Source: Candidatus Parcubacteria bacterium (GTDB lineage Bacteria > Patescibacteriota > Minisyncoccia > UBA6257 > 2-01-FULL-56-20). Taken from it: a stretch of 51,644 bases of DNA. Location of the stretch: NCBI GenBank assembly GCA_027450205.1, contig DAIDJL010000003.1, forward strand, positions 1 through 51,644. Direction: 5' to 3'. A model generated the notes under the pieces. The model ran no database searches. It saw nothing but the letters and a program-made list of their open reading frames with translations, and was not told the DNA's origin. Below, in pieces: positions 1 to 10,029 of the stretch; positions within the stretch are counted from its first letter, which is position 1, and each line of letters opens with the position of its first letter. The position numbers were made by a program, and so were the translations under genes.

Positions 1-141
1 CATACGCAATGCCGGAAGGTTTGTTGATGGTGAGGTTGGGGAGGTAGAGGCCATAAGTGCCGTCGATGATCTGGGTACCGGTGCCGTTCATAACAAGGTT
101 TGTGGTCCCGGTCGCGGATGATGCCCAATAGGTCTCATTGG
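1..141 (+). repeat. Terminal direct repeat, copy 1 (identical to 51504..51644)
   Basis: Read by eye: bases 1..141 (catacgcaatgccggaaggtttgttgatgg...ataggtctcattgg) are base-for-base identical to the last 141 bases of the window. Confidence 0.95.
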
Positions 142-1828
142 CGATATTCCCTTTGGCATCGATCTCACCGCCAAGGAGGGAGATGGTGCTGTAATTGGTG
201 GCAAGCGTCGTCGTCCCCTCCGCGGTAAGGACCGTGCCGGTGGCGATGGTGAATTGGGCGCTCACCGGGCCATAGGCGGAGTCATTTGCCCCAAAGACAA
301 GATTGTTGAACGTAGAAGATCCGGAGATGGCGGCATATATATTGAGCGTCGTGCCGGGGCCGGGAACACCAATATATCCGAATGTCACCGTGCTTGTTCC
401 GGGATTCATAGGGGTGGCGTTCACATTCGTGAAATTGCCGGTGATCCGGACATCTCCCTGAAGCGTGACGGAGCCGGAGGATTTCTGAATGGTGAAATTA
501 GGGAGCAAAAGATAGTCCTGACTGCTTGCTCCTATCGTATCGTCCCCTACGATCTGGGTACCCGTGCCCGTAAGGACGATGGGCACCGTGCTGGTAGTGA
601 ACCCGGGGACATGCGATGCTTCGATATTGCCCTGGACATCAATCGCGCCGCCGCCCGACAGCTGGAGTGTCGTGTAATTGGTAACCTCCATAAAATACCC
701 CTGCGCGGTAAGCACGGTGCCGGTGGCGATGGTGAAAATACCAGAGGTAGCATTGGCATTATTACTCACTGCAAACACCAGATTATAGAATGTGGATGAT
801 CCTGTCATGACCGGATTTACCACAAGGCTCCCGCTGGGAAGATTTTCACCAAATCCGGTAATGCTCCCCGGTCCGAAGATCACCGTAGACGTCCCGGGAT
901 TCATGGGGGTGGTATTCGTGTTGGTAAAGTTACCCGCAATACCGATATTCCCCGCAAGCACGATGGTGCCGGTGCTCTTGGTGATAGTGAGATCAGGCAG
1001 CATCACCGAATCCGCGGAACCGCCACCGGCAACGGTATCATCTCCAATGATCTGATTTCCTGATCCGTCAAGCACGATGCTCACCGTTCCCGTGGCATAC
1101 CCGGCGGCATATGATGCCTCAACATTGCCCTGCACATTGATCTGTCCGCCCCCCAAAAGACTGAATCCTCCCCATGCATTAAGGATGTACAGATACCCCT
1201 GCGCGGTAAGCGTGGTGCCGGTGGCGATGGTAAGAGCGGGAATGGATGAATTGTTCCCGATCTGCAGATTGTTGAATGTCGCGGATCCGCTCACGACAGG
1301 AATAGAGCCCGTAGGGTTGAAAAGCGTAAGACCGCCGCCGTTCTGGAACGTGCCTCCGGAAAACGTGGAGCTTGCCTGGAGCATAAGCGTCCCCGCCGTG
1401 CTCGTGAAGGTCCCGCCGGTCAGGGAGAAGACGCCGTTGTCCGTGATGGCGTCGGTGGAAGCGGATCCCTGGAAGGTACCGGCAGATTGGGAGTATCCCG
1501 CCGTGCCGATCGTCACCGTGTTGCCGGATCCCTGGGTGATCGTGCCCGTATAGCCGGAGACGACAGAGATGCCTCCGACCGTGATGCTTGTATTGATCGT
1601 CGCGTTCGCCGTGCTGGATGCGGAGAAGAGAGCCGTGTCGGATACACCGGGAACGACACCTCCCGACCAGTTGCTGGCGGTATTCCAGCTGCCGGCGGAG
1701 GGGGCGACCCAGGTAATCGTCGCAGCATGGGCCATTCCCGCATATGCCATACCGAGGAAAGAGAATGCAAAAAAGAACGGGAGGAAAAGACCCCGGCGGA
1801 AGAACGAAAAATCACGGAAGGATCTCAT
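1..1828 (-). CDS. Giant secreted repeat (beta-helix-like) surface protein, N-terminal 609 codons; frame is open to the left window edge
   Basis: Absent from the ORF track because it has no in-window stop. Manual minus-strand translation from the ATG at 1828 gives MRSFRDFSFFRRGLFLPFFFAFSFLGMAYAGMAHA-ATITW, a signal peptide. Repeated modules follow (TIATGTxLTAQGY...GTGTQI...NFTNxNxTPMNPGTSTV) with no stop down to base 1. The last codons (NGTGTQIIDGTYGLYLPNLTINKPSGIAY) equal the start of ORF 50083..51594. Confidence 0.8.
   Translation of the reverse strand, partial: MRSFRDFSFFRRGLFLPFFFAFSFLGMAYAGMAHAATITWVAPSAGSWNTASNWSGGVVPGVSDTALFSASSTANATINTSITVGGISVVSGYTGTITQGSGNTVTIGTAGYSQSAGTFQGSASTDAITDNGVFSLTGGTFTSTAGTLMLQASSTFSGGTFQNGGGLTLFNPTGSIPVVSGSATFNNLQIGNNSSIPALTIATGTTLTAQGYLYILNAWGGFSLLGGGQINVQGNVEASYAAGYATGTVSIVLDGSGNQIIGDDTVAGGGSADSVMLPDLTITKSTGTIVLAGNIGIAGNFTNTNTTPMNPGTSTVIFGPGSITGFGENLPSGSLVVNPVMTGSSTFYNLVFAVSNNANATSGIFTIATGTVLTAQGYFMEVTNYTTLQLSGGGAIDVQGNIEASHVPGFTTSTVPIVLTGTGTQIVGDDTIGASSQDYLLLPNFTIQKSSGSVTLQGDVRITGNFTNVNATPMNPGTSTVTFGYIGVPGPGTTLNIYAAISGSSTFNNLVFGANDSAYGPVSAQFTIATGTVLTAEGTTTLATNYSTISLLGGEIDAKGNIANETYWASSATGTTNLVMNGTGTQIIDGTYGLYLPNLTINKPSGIAY
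60..1300 (-). repeat. Three tandem, diverged ~480-500-nt (~160-166 aa) coding modules inside the giant surface-protein gene
   Basis: The plus-strand motif gtgccggtggcgatggt recurs near 236-250, 716-732 and 1216-1232. The peptide pattern is repeated three times: TIATGT-LTA-GY, G-IDVQGN-EAS, GTGTQI-GDDT, LP-TI-KS-G, GNFTN-N-TPMNPGTSTV-FG. Confidence 0.65.
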
Positions 1829-1876
1829 ATGCTCTTTAGTATATCAAAGAGATCACTTGTCAACTACCCCTTCCCC

Positions 1877-4800
1877 CTACCCGTGCGTCCCAATATACCG
1901 CCTCGTAAGCGGTCCGAAGAATCCGGTGGGAGGAAGTCCTGCGGAGGATTGGAATTTGATGAGGGCATCTTTGGTGGCAGGGCCGAAGAATTCCGTCTCA
2001 TAGCCCAGGGATCCTGCATAGGTGGGGGTGGTAACGATGGGATATCCATGGGTGTTCAGATAGTGCTGGAGGGATGCAACCTCGGGATCACGGTCTCCGA
2101 GGGAGAGGTTCTTGGTGAAGGAGGTAGTGGGGGCGGCACAGAGGGAGCTGATGGATGAAGAAAGAGAGATGCCTTTGGTCTCTGCCTGGGAGACGAGGGA
2201 GCAAAGCTCTTTCGTGAGAGAGAGAAGCTCTGCTTCCAGAGAGGCGGTGGAGGAGCTTTGGGTAAGGGTGGAAGAAGAGAGCTGGGAGCCCGTGCCGGAG
2301 GAGGAAGCAGAAGAGGATGAAGCGGTGCTGGTGCTCGTGCTTGTGGTCGGAGGGGCATAGTAGCCACCACCACCACCTCCGCCCGAGGAACCGCCACCCG
2401 AGGAGCCGGAGCCGCCACCGCCCGAAGAAGGAGCGGAGGATGGATTGGAAATGGGCGCGGTGGCGATATTCAAAACCAATGTCGCGCTATTCGTTGCTGC
2501 GCTATTCGTTGCAAAAATGGATATTGAATATGTGCCCGATACGGTGGGCGTTCCTGAAATGATGCCTGACGATGTATTTATTGTAAGTCCCGCAGGCAAT
2601 CCGGTAGCATTGTAACTTATTGGACCATTCGATGCCGCAATCTGATAGGAGAAATAAGATCCTTCAGTCGCGGAAGCAGAAAGCGGACTTGAAATAACAG
2701 GAGAAGATTGGGTCGCTGAAGGTGCGGAGGAATATTGATATGCTCCCGCATCCCACACGCCGGAGGAGGGGCGGGAAATATACGCCCGTGCGGGCAGAAT
2801 GACGGAATGAGTTGATTGATCGTACCCCACTCCATACGTGGTATCGTTGCATAAAGAAGACAGGCTTTCACCCGAGCTAAGCACCATCGAACAGTAACTC
2901 GATAGATTCGCCCCCGCGCCTATCGTGGGAGATCCCGATGTAGGAGAAAATACAAAAGCCTGGGCGATATCCATTCCGAGCGCATTCGCGCTATCGAGAG
3001 GAACGGAAACATTATTTGATTGCGTACAATTCGAACCGCAGGGATCAATGATTACCCTGCTCTGGGTGCAATCATGAATGCCTGGATCGCCAAGGCAGCT
3101 GACATAATAATTATTTTCGTAATCGCAGTGCCCATATCCGGCGGGACATCCCGACATCGGGCCGAGCGGGAACAATCCGGGGATCGAACCATTCGGATCC
3201 GGACCTCCTTCAATCGTATTATTCCATACATCAACCGACCCCGCAGTGCCACCTCCGCCACCCGGTGGATAACTAAGCTCGATCACGCTGTTCGATGTAA
3301 TATCTGCGAAAACATTGTTCCATACGTATTCTGTCGATCCGACGGGAGGGGTAAGCATTAAGGGAACCCCCGGCTTGATTCCCAGCATCACATTATTATC
3401 AACGACCGCGTACGGCGCATCGCCCAATCCCTCCATGCCATTCGAGTGAGCGGTGGGATTGATGGAAATACGCTCGTTTTCAAACGTATTTCCACTAAGC
3501 TCCTGAAATCCTCCGAGATAATAGCTCGCCACGTACCGTACGAAATTATTTTTGATGATCGCCGGCCCTTGATAAAATGCGGTGAGCGAACCAAGACAAT
3601 CAGTATAGGTCGATGTTGTGTTGTTGTTTTGCGCATTGATCGGACAATTCGGCTGGTTTTGCACCAGAGCAGTGTCCCATCCATCGATCACATTATCCTC
3701 AAACGTCATACCGGTACTATTGGGATAGCCCTGAATGCTCGTGAACGTTCCAGAGTCCCATCCCCCGATCACCGTACACGGAGTAGTCGCACATTCATTG
3801 CTTATCGCATCTACGATCTTTCCGTATCCATCGGTCAAACTTACCTGATTACCACTGATCGACGCGACAATGGGCCCGTTGTTTGCAAAAGGAAGAACGC
3901 ACCCCAAGCAGGCGATGCCGATCGGTTCCCCTACGACCACTCCGTTCATACTCCCGGTGATAGTAAGAATATTGCTCCCTTGCGCAATAGTTCCTTGGGT
4001 GTCAAGCGGCGTCGGATCGATCCATGCGTGATAATAGATATTTTTTACGTCGCCGTAACTCGTATATTGGGGAGCTCCTATCGCTTCGCCGGAGCCTTCC
4101 GAAGGAGGAGGATTATAATGGTTCCTGATCTCGAATCCGGAAATGGTCACGTAGTTCGGAGTGAAGAATATCATCGTCCCGGGATGAGGACCTCCTGTCG
4201 GGGCGACATTGGAACCGGTGCACCCGGGAAGATTGTTGGCCGGGGGAGCCGACACCTTGCATCCGTCGAACACCGGACGGTTCCACCCGTTCGGACATGA
4301 AGCAGTGTTATACCAGGATTTATCCCCGTCTCCCAGAAAATTCAAACCGGCGGATGCGGTCGTAATAGTGGCGTAATATCCCGTATTGTTCGAATATCCC
4401 TGCGGCCCGATCGTCCACGAAAAACTGGAGTTTGTCCATACGTCGCACCCCTTGAAGATAAAGGTGTCCCCCGGCAAGCTGTTGGGTCCGTATGCCGCGG
4501 CATTCCCCGTGGCGTCATTCATGCCAGGAGCATGGGCCCATGGGCCCGTATTGCCTGTTGTATGCGTTTTTTCCATACCATCCCAGCTATCATTTCCCCC
4601 GCTCGAAGAAATATAATAGGTATTGTGCGAAAGCGTCGTAGCCGATACCGGCGCGGATTGTCCGGAGATATTGCTCGATGTATCATATGCGGCAACCGTG
4701 TATGAATATGCCGTGGAATTCTTCAGCCCGGTGTCCACAAAAACAGTGCCGGTGGCATTGCCGACCTCGGTCCCGTTCCGGTAAATAAGATACCCCGCCA

Positions 4801-5662
4801 CCGCGACGTTGTCCGTGGAAGCGGTCCACGATAAGGCGATCTGATTTGCGGAATTCACCTGCGCCGAAAGGCCGGTCGGAACCGATGGCGGCGTAGTATC
4901 GTTGCTCCCGCCGGATGCACTCGCTTTGAATGTCGCTACCGCTATGACCGGAGCGGCATCGGCGGAACCATACGCTATCGAAGTCGTCGCGTTGGCCAGC
5001 GGCGATCCTATCGTCTCATATTCGCATGCGCTCTCCCCGTTGGAACCGCCGTTCGGGATCACATACCCGCTTGCTGCGGTGAACACATTGGGAACCGTCG
5101 CATGAGCGGCAGCGCACGCGATCACCACCTCCGACGTGGAAGTATTATTTGTGGAAAAAGGGCCGGATACCGCGGCCATCGTTCCCGGACCCTGACCGAC
5201 CGCGACCGCATCGAGGGGCGCGTTGATATCCGCAGAGGTGAATTGGAGTACCGTGATGCCGGTATCGCTCGTCAGATTCGCATTGCAGGTGACAGTATCC
5301 GAAAGGGACCCTTTGATATTCTTCGCATAGAATATGGCGATCGCATTATGATAGTTCGCGTTGAAAGTGCTGGTCGCGAGCACGAACTGGTTACCGGCGG
5401 TATCGGTAACAGAAGTACCGGAAAGATCGCCACCGGCACCGCATCCTACCACCAGAAGATTTCCCGATATTGCATTGACGGCAACGGAAACATTCCCCGG
5501 ACTGTTATTATATATCTCGTTCGACGTTGCATTGGAAAAAAGAGGTCCCCCCGATCCAAATGCCTGCCGATGGAAGAAAAAAACAAAGAATAATACTGCC
5601 ATTATTCCTCCGGCGGCGGACGCTTTCCATATTACCCGGCAAATATCAGATCTAATAAACAT
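1877..5662 (-). CDS. Large secreted cell-surface protein (1261 aa) with FN3, right-handed beta-helix-like region, putative Ig domain, G/S low-complexity linker and C-terminal peptidoglycan-binding domain
   Basis: N-terminal TM/signal segment (AAGGIMAVLFFVFFF). FN3-like stretch PPSVPTGLSAQVNSANQIALSWTASTDNVAVAGYLIYRNG. Ig-like stretch SYQIAASNGPISYNATGLPAGLTINTSSGIISGTPTVSGTY. C-terminal PG_binding_1-like stretch GDRDPEVASLQHYLNTHGY...GPATKDALIKFQSSAGLPPTG. Confidence 0.85.
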   Translation of the reverse strand: MFIRSDICRVIWKASAAGGIMAVLFFVFFFHRQAFGSGGPLFSNATSNEIYNNSPGNVSVAVNAISGNLLVVGCGAGGDLSGTSVTDTAGNQFVLATSTFNANYHNAIAIFYAKNIKGSLSDTVTCNANLTSDTGITVLQFTSADINAPLDAVAVGQGPGTMAAVSGPFSTNNTSTSEVVIACAAAHATVPNVFTAASGYVIPNGGSNGESACEYETIGSPLANATTSIAYGSADAAPVIAVATFKASASGGSNDTTPPSVPTGLSAQVNSANQIALSWTASTDNVAVAGYLIYRNGTEVGNATGTVFVDTGLKNSTAYSYTVAAYDTSSNISGQSAPVSATTLSHNTYYISSSGGNDSWDGMEKTHTTGNTGPWAHAPGMNDATGNAAAYGPNSLPGDTFIFKGCDVWTNSSFSWTIGPQGYSNNTGYYATITTASAGLNFLGDGDKSWYNTASCPNGWNRPVFDGCKVSAPPANNLPGCTGSNVAPTGGPHPGTMIFFTPNYVTISGFEIRNHYNPPPSEGSGEAIGAPQYTSYGDVKNIYYHAWIDPTPLDTQGTIAQGSNILTITGSMNGVVVGEPIGIACLGCVLPFANNGPIVASISGNQVSLTDGYGKIVDAISNECATTPCTVIGGWDSGTFTSIQGYPNSTGMTFEDNVIDGWDTALVQNQPNCPINAQNNNTTSTYTDCLGSLTAFYQGPAIIKNNFVRYVASYYLGGFQELSGNTFENERISINPTAHSNGMEGLGDAPYAVVDNNVMLGIKPGVPLMLTPPVGSTEYVWNNVFADITSNSVIELSYPPGGGGGTAGSVDVWNNTIEGGPDPNGSIPGLFPLGPMSGCPAGYGHCDYENNYYVSCLGDPGIHDCTQSRVIIDPCGSNCTQSNNVSVPLDSANALGMDIAQAFVFSPTSGSPTIGAGANLSSYCSMVLSSGESLSSLCNDTTYGVGYDQSTHSVILPARAYISRPSSGVWDAGAYQYSSAPSATQSSPVISSPLSASATEGSYFSYQIAASNGPISYNATGLPAGLTINTSSGIISGTPTVSGTYSISIFATNSAATNSATLVLNIATAPISNPSSAPSSGGGGSGSSGGGSSGGGGGGGYYAPPTTSTSTSTASSSSASSSGTGSQLSSSTLTQSSSTASLEAELLSLTKELCSLVSQAETKGISLSSSISSLCAAPTTSFTKNLSLGDRDPEVASLQHYLNTHGYPIVTTPTYAGSLGYETEFFGPATKDALIKFQSSAGLPPTGFFGPLTRRYIGTHG

Positions 5663-5748
5663 AATTACTTCTACTATACAACATTGCCAAAAATGAAAAG
5701 GTGGCTGAAATTCGTTGAATCGCCGGAGGCCATACTATATCATGAATA

Positions 5749-6765
5749 TTATTTCTTTCTCCGTATCACTTTTTTCGCCGCCGCCGCGATGTCCTTCGGC
5801 ATCATGCGATATTTTTTAATGAGCTCATCCGGCGCACCCGACTCGCCAAACGTATCCTGCATGCCGATGAACTCGATGGGTACCGGCGCATATTTCGCCA
5901 GTACCTCGGCGACCGCACCTCCCAAACCCCCGCTCACCTGATGCTCTTCCACGGTGACCACCGCGCCCGCCTTTTTTGCCAACTCGACGATCTTCTTATC
6001 ATCAATAGGTTTTATAGATGAACAATTCAAGACGATTGCGCCGATCTTCTCATCCTCTTCCAAAGCGCGCGCGGCGAGGAGTGCGTTATACAGCAAACCG
6101 CCGCAGCCGATTATCAACACTTCCGGCTTCTTCGCCGGGCCCGCGGCGGCGGAAGGCAGCCAGAATATCTCCGCCTTGCCCGGCGTATACGGCGTTTCAT
6201 CCGTCGTCATGATCGGCGTCTTCTCGCGCTGGAAGCGCAGATATACCGGACCGTACACCTGCTCTGCGGCGATCGTCGCCCTATGCGCCTCCAGGGCATC
6301 GCACGGAACGAACACTTTCATGTTCGGCATCGCGCGCATGATGGCGATGTCTTCCGTTGCCTGATGCGTCGCGCCGTCGGGGCCGACGGATATGCCGGCG
6401 TGATGGCCCGCGATCTTCACGTTCGCGTCGTTATACGCGACCGTCGTGCGGATCTGTTCCCAATTCCTGCCCGGCGAAAATGTTGCGTACGACGCGATGA
6501 ACGGGATCTTTCCGGTAACGCCCATGCCTGCGGCGACCGTCGCCATATTCTGTTCGGCGACGCCAAGCTCGAAGAACCGTTCGGGATATTTTTTGGCGAA
6601 CGCCTCCGTGCGCGTGGACTCGGTGAGGTCGGCGCAGAGCGCGACGACATTCGGATTCGCATCACCGGCAGCGACAAGCCCCGTTCCATAACCGTCGCGC
6701 GTCGGCGCCTGTGCGACGTCATCGTCAAAAAGATGCGGATTCAGTTTTATGTCGGGATTCAGCAT
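5749..6765 (-). CDS. Transketolase, C-terminal (pyrimidine-binding) subunit
   Basis: 338 aa with typical motifs: FFELGVAEQNMATVAAGMG, GPDGATHQATEDIAIMRAMPNM. Confidence 0.9.
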   Translation of the reverse strand: MLNPDIKLNPHLFDDDVAQAPTRDGYGTGLVAAGDANPNVVALCADLTESTRTEAFAKKYPERFFELGVAEQNMATVAAGMGVTGKIPFIASYATFSPGRNWEQIRTTVAYNDANVKIAGHHAGISVGPDGATHQATEDIAIMRAMPNMKVFVPCDALEAHRATIAAEQVYGPVYLRFQREKTPIMTTDETPYTPGKAEIFWLPSAAAGPAKKPEVLIIGCGGLLYNALLAARALEEDEKIGAIVLNCSSIKPIDDKKIVELAKKAGAVVTVEEHQVSGGLGGAVAEVLAKYAPVPIEFIGMQDTFGESGAPDELIKKYRMMPKDIAAAAKKVIRRKK

Positions 6766-6814
6766 TGTTCTATTATTTTAGCATACCGGATGTCCCTCCT
6801 GCGCCGCATTTCCC

Positions 6815-7453
6815 CTAGTCGAAGCTCAGCGTCTGCACGATCATGTGCGCGATGGCGTTGTTGTTCGCGGGCGATGCTATATTGGGATTCGGGTCGGACA
6901 CCGGAAAGTCAAAACGCAGCGCGACGGTGCCGTGCGCCACATATATCTGCTCGGCATCGCGGTCGAACTCGAACACATGAAAAAGTTCGTATGCGCCGTA
7001 TCCATTCACGGCCGTGATATAATTGGATGCGAACTGCGGCGTTATTGTAGGCGCGGGCCCGTTCTTGGCGTTCGCCGCGTCCTGGGCACGGTCATTCGCG
7101 AGAAGCTGATGCACGTATTCGGCAGATGAAAGCGATCGCGGATTCTGCTCCATAGAGATATATATCGTATAGGTCGTCGTGCCGGACAGGGGGTTGCCGA
7201 GCGCGACAAAAGGAGTTTCCGCCGCAAGACCGCCCATGAATATCTTCCAGTTTTGAGGATATCGGATGGAAAATCCATACTGCGCGTTATGATAGGCCTG
7301 CCACCCGGATATATCGATCGCATTCGCGACGTTGCCATTCTGGCGCTGTAGCACCATGACCTGCCCGACCGCCCGCGCCGCAAAATATACGAGCACTGCA
7401 GTGGCGCCGACGACCACGATCAGTATCGCCCAGATCTCTTTGCGACGGATCAC
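6815..7453 (-). CDS. Hypothetical membrane-anchored extracytoplasmic protein
   Basis: One N-terminal TM (IWAILIVVVGATAVLVYFAA) followed by a soluble domain. The ORF track starts it at 7495. A GTG at 7453 overlaps the upstream TGA (GTGA coupling), so it is the preferred start. Confidence 0.6.
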   Translation of the reverse strand: MIRRKEIWAILIVVVGATAVLVYFAARAVGQVMVLQRQNGNVANAIDISGWQAYHNAQYGFSIRYPQNWKIFMGGLAAETPFVALGNPLSGTTTYTIYISMEQNPRSLSSAEYVHQLLANDRAQDAANAKNGPAPTITPQFASNYITAVNGYGAYELFHVFEFDRDAEQIYVAHGTVALRFDFPVSDPNPNIASPANNNAIAHMIVQTLSFD

Positions 7454-7986
7454 GTGTTTGACGAATGACTTTTTTGGTATCGCTGAATGAGCCACATGCT
7501 CCCGCCGATCACGAGCACCGCAATCACAAGTCCGATGAAGAATTTCAGCTGGTCATCGATGCTCCCCCATCCGCGCATATAACCGTACATAATGCTCCAC
7601 AGCCCGGCCACCATGATGCCGATGGGAACGGCGCGGGACGCGAGCACCACGGCAAACACCAGAAAGAACCCTATCGCGAACATGACGATGCCCACGATAT
7701 TCGCGATAATGAACAGATTCCTGTTATACACGTCCATCTGGTCCTGATATGCCTTCTGCTGCTGCTCGAACTTTTGCTGCGCGGCCTGCTGCTGCGCGTC
7801 GATCTGCTTATTATTCTGGATACACGCCGTATCATTCGGCGCGCACGATGTGATCGGCGCCATCACGGGATAACTTGGATAATTCGGCGCGATCGGTTCC
7901 GGATAAAATGCCTTGATACCAAGATTGATGAGCGCACCCAAAATGATCGCGGTCGCTATGCCCAATACCACATTTACAGCTTTCAT
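7450..7986 (-). CDS. Hypothetical integral membrane protein (about 4 TM, Gln-rich loop)
   Basis: 178-aa ORF with hydrophobic segments. It lies in the same operon orientation between the two transketolase halves. Confidence 0.6.
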   Translation of the reverse strand: MKAVNVVLGIATAIILGALINLGIKAFYPEPIAPNYPSYPVMAPITSCAPNDTACIQNNKQIDAQQQAAQQKFEQQQKAYQDQMDVYNRNLFIIANIVGIVMFAIGFFLVFAVVLASRAVPIGIMVAGLWSIMYGYMRGWGSIDDQLKFFIGLVIAVLVIGGSMWLIQRYQKSHSSNT

Positions 7987-8003
7987 GATTTTAATGGATT
8001 AAT

Positions 8004-8864
8004 TTATTGATGCTCGCTCTGTATCTTGTGCTGCAGCGTGCGCAGCTCGTCGAGCGCTTTTTCCGCCTCGCCGTGCTTGAACGGCTTGGAATGCCACAGA
8101 TAGTCGTTCTCCATGAAATCCACGCCCTTACCGGGAATCGTATGCGCGATGATCACGGTCGGCTGTTCATGGACGGCCTTTGCTTCCGCAGCGGCGGCGA
8201 TGATCTCCTCAAAATTGTGGCCATCGATCTCGAGCACGTGCCAGTTGAACGAACGATATTTATCCGCGAACGGCTCGAGGGGCATGATCTTCTCCGTGAA
8301 GCCGTCAATCTGGATATTATTGCGGTCAACAACGACCGTGAGGTTGCTCAACCGGTTCTTTCCTGCGAACATCACCGCTTCCCACGTGTTGCCTTCCTCG
8401 TGCTCGCCGTCGGAGGTAATACAGTAGATCTGATATTTTTTCGCGTCGAGGCGGGCCGCGAGCGCAATGCCGGACGCCTGCGCAATGCCGCTGCCGAGCG
8501 GGCCGGACGTGGTCTCAACGCCGGGCAGGACGCCGCGATGCGGATGGCCCTGCAGGCGCGTTCCCAGCCGGCGCAGCGTCTTTAGTTCCTCCACCGGAAA
8601 ATATCCCGCATGCGCAAGCGCGGCGTACTGGATCGGGCAAATATGGCCGTTCGATAGCACAAGCCGGTCGCGGTCCGGCCAATTCGGCTTCTTCGGGTCA
8701 TGATTCAAAATATGAAAATAGAACGCGGTAAATATCTCCGCCATGTCGAGCGGCCCCGCAATATGCCCCGACCCCGCATGCGAGACCATCTTGATCACAT
8801 CCTCGCGCAAACGCGTGGCCATAAGCTCCATCTCCTTCAGTTTTTTTTCAGTGAGCGATTCCAT
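8004..8864 (-). CDS. Transketolase, N-terminal (thiamine-diphosphate-binding) subunit
   Basis: 286 aa; motifs SGHIAGPLDMAEI, LSNGHICPIQYAALA, LQGHPH, SDGEHEEGNTWEA. Confidence 0.9.
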   Translation of the reverse strand: MESLTEKKLKEMELMATRLREDVIKMVSHAGSGHIAGPLDMAEIFTAFYFHILNHDPKKPNWPDRDRLVLSNGHICPIQYAALAHAGYFPVEELKTLRRLGTRLQGHPHRGVLPGVETTSGPLGSGIAQASGIALAARLDAKKYQIYCITSDGEHEEGNTWEAVMFAGKNRLSNLTVVVDRNNIQIDGFTEKIMPLEPFADKYRSFNWHVLEIDGHNFEEIIAAAAEAKAVHEQPTVIIAHTIPGKGVDFMENDYLWHSKPFKHGEAEKALDELRTLQHKIQSEHQ

Positions 8865-8903
8865 TTTTTAAGTGATTACCAAACGCCAATAGGATTTTGG
8901 ATT

Positions 8904-9545
8904 TTATATTGCTGCCAGCTCCTCATATGCTTTCTTCGGATCGGCGCTGTTGAAAATATAACTTGACGAAACGATCGTATCCGCCCCAAGCTCTTTCACG
9001 CGCCACGCCGTGAGCGGGCTCATTCCTCCATCCACTTCAATTGTAGCATTCGGGAACTCTTCCCTCAAAAAACGGATCTTATCGTCGATGAACGACAGAT
9101 AGAGCTGCCCCGCAGGTCCCGGTTGTACGGCAAGCACCTGGAATGAGTGGAAATATTTCAAATAATGCGCGATGTCTTCCGCGTCGGATTCCGGCTTGGA
9201 AGAAAGCATGACCTCCGCATGATACCGCGCGGAGACCGATATAATTTCATGCACCGACCGCGGATTCAGCGACTCCGCATGGACGATCAGCCGCCGCGCG
9301 CCCGCGGTAAGCCAGTTGTCCATATACTCCTCGGGGTGGTCGACCATCAAATGCACTTCGAGTGCGAACGGCGATTTGAGCTTCACCCACTCCAAGGGAT
9401 CCGCCCATGTCCGATGCGCCGCAAAGGATCCGTCCGTCACATCAAGGTGCAACAGATCGCCTTCGCGCAAAAAAGACTTCGCGATCTCGATCTTCGCGCG
9501 CACGCATTCAACATCGGGGCAATTGATGACGGGGATCACCTTCAT
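8904..9545 (-). CDS. rpe: Ribulose-phosphate 3-epimerase
   Basis: 213 aa; HLDVTDGSF, EVHLMVDHPE and a C-terminal EVDGG motif. Confidence 0.85.
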   Translation of the reverse strand: MKVIPVINCPDVECVRAKIEIAKSFLREGDLLHLDVTDGSFAAHRTWADPLEWVKLKSPFALEVHLMVDHPEEYMDNWLTAGARRLIVHAESLNPRSVHEIISVSARYHAEVMLSSKPESDAEDIAHYLKYFHSFQVLAVQPGPAGQLYLSFIDDKIRFLREEFPNATIEVDGGMSPLTAWRVKELGADTIVSSSYIFNSADPKKAYEELAAI

Positions 9546-9551
9546 GTGCCG

Positions 9552-10013
9552 TTATGCATGCGGTCGGTCAGCCTCTATTTTTGCGATCTTTTCCAACCGG
9601 CGCACATACCGCTCATTTTTTTCAAACGGCGTTCCAAGGAACACGCGGGCGATCGCAAGCGCATCGTCTTCTTTTGTGAATCCTGCGGCGATCGCAAGCA
9701 CGTTGACGTCGTCGTCATGCCTGCCGGCGCGGATCTGTTCCGCGGAAACGGCAAGTGCGGATCGCACGCCGTTGAATTTGTTCGCAACGATGTCCACGCC
9801 GATCCCCGATCCGCAGATCAATATCCCGCGCGCCTCGCCGGCGGCATCCGCGACCTTCCCCGCAACGGCGGCCGCGCAATCCGGATAATCGTCATCCTGA
9901 TCGATTTCGGCATTCCCCATGTCCGCCACCTCATACCCATCGGCCTTCAGGGCGCGCTTGAGCGCCTCCTTGAGGTCAAACCCCCTGTGGTCGGCGCCGA
10001 TGTAAATGATCAT
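9552..10013 (-). CDS. rpiB: Ribose-5-phosphate isomerase B
   Basis: 153 aa; MIIYIGADHRGFDLKEALK..., ILICGSGIGVDIVANK. Confidence 0.9.
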   Translation of the reverse strand: MIIYIGADHRGFDLKEALKRALKADGYEVADMGNAEIDQDDDYPDCAAAVAGKVADAAGEARGILICGSGIGVDIVANKFNGVRSALAVSAEQIRAGRHDDDVNVLAIAAGFTKEDDALAIARVFLGTPFEKNERYVRRLEKIAKIEADRPHA

Positions 10014-10029
10014 ATGCGGGGATTTTTAG

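Noticed and set aside
1-141. Terminal repeat as transposon or IS ends
   Set aside because: The copies are direct, not inverted. They lie inside a coding frame that continues seamlessly, and no transposase is nearby. An assembly overlap of a cyclic path is the simpler reading.
254-2158. Several plus-strand ORFs (254..799, 792..1055, 1077..1553, 1487..2158, 1569..2003) at the left edge
   Set aside because: They are shadow frames of the minus-strand giant surface-protein gene, whose frame is open from 1828 to base 1 and has a signal peptide and a clear repeat architecture. The plus-strand translations are Arg/Gly/Pro-biased and domain-less.
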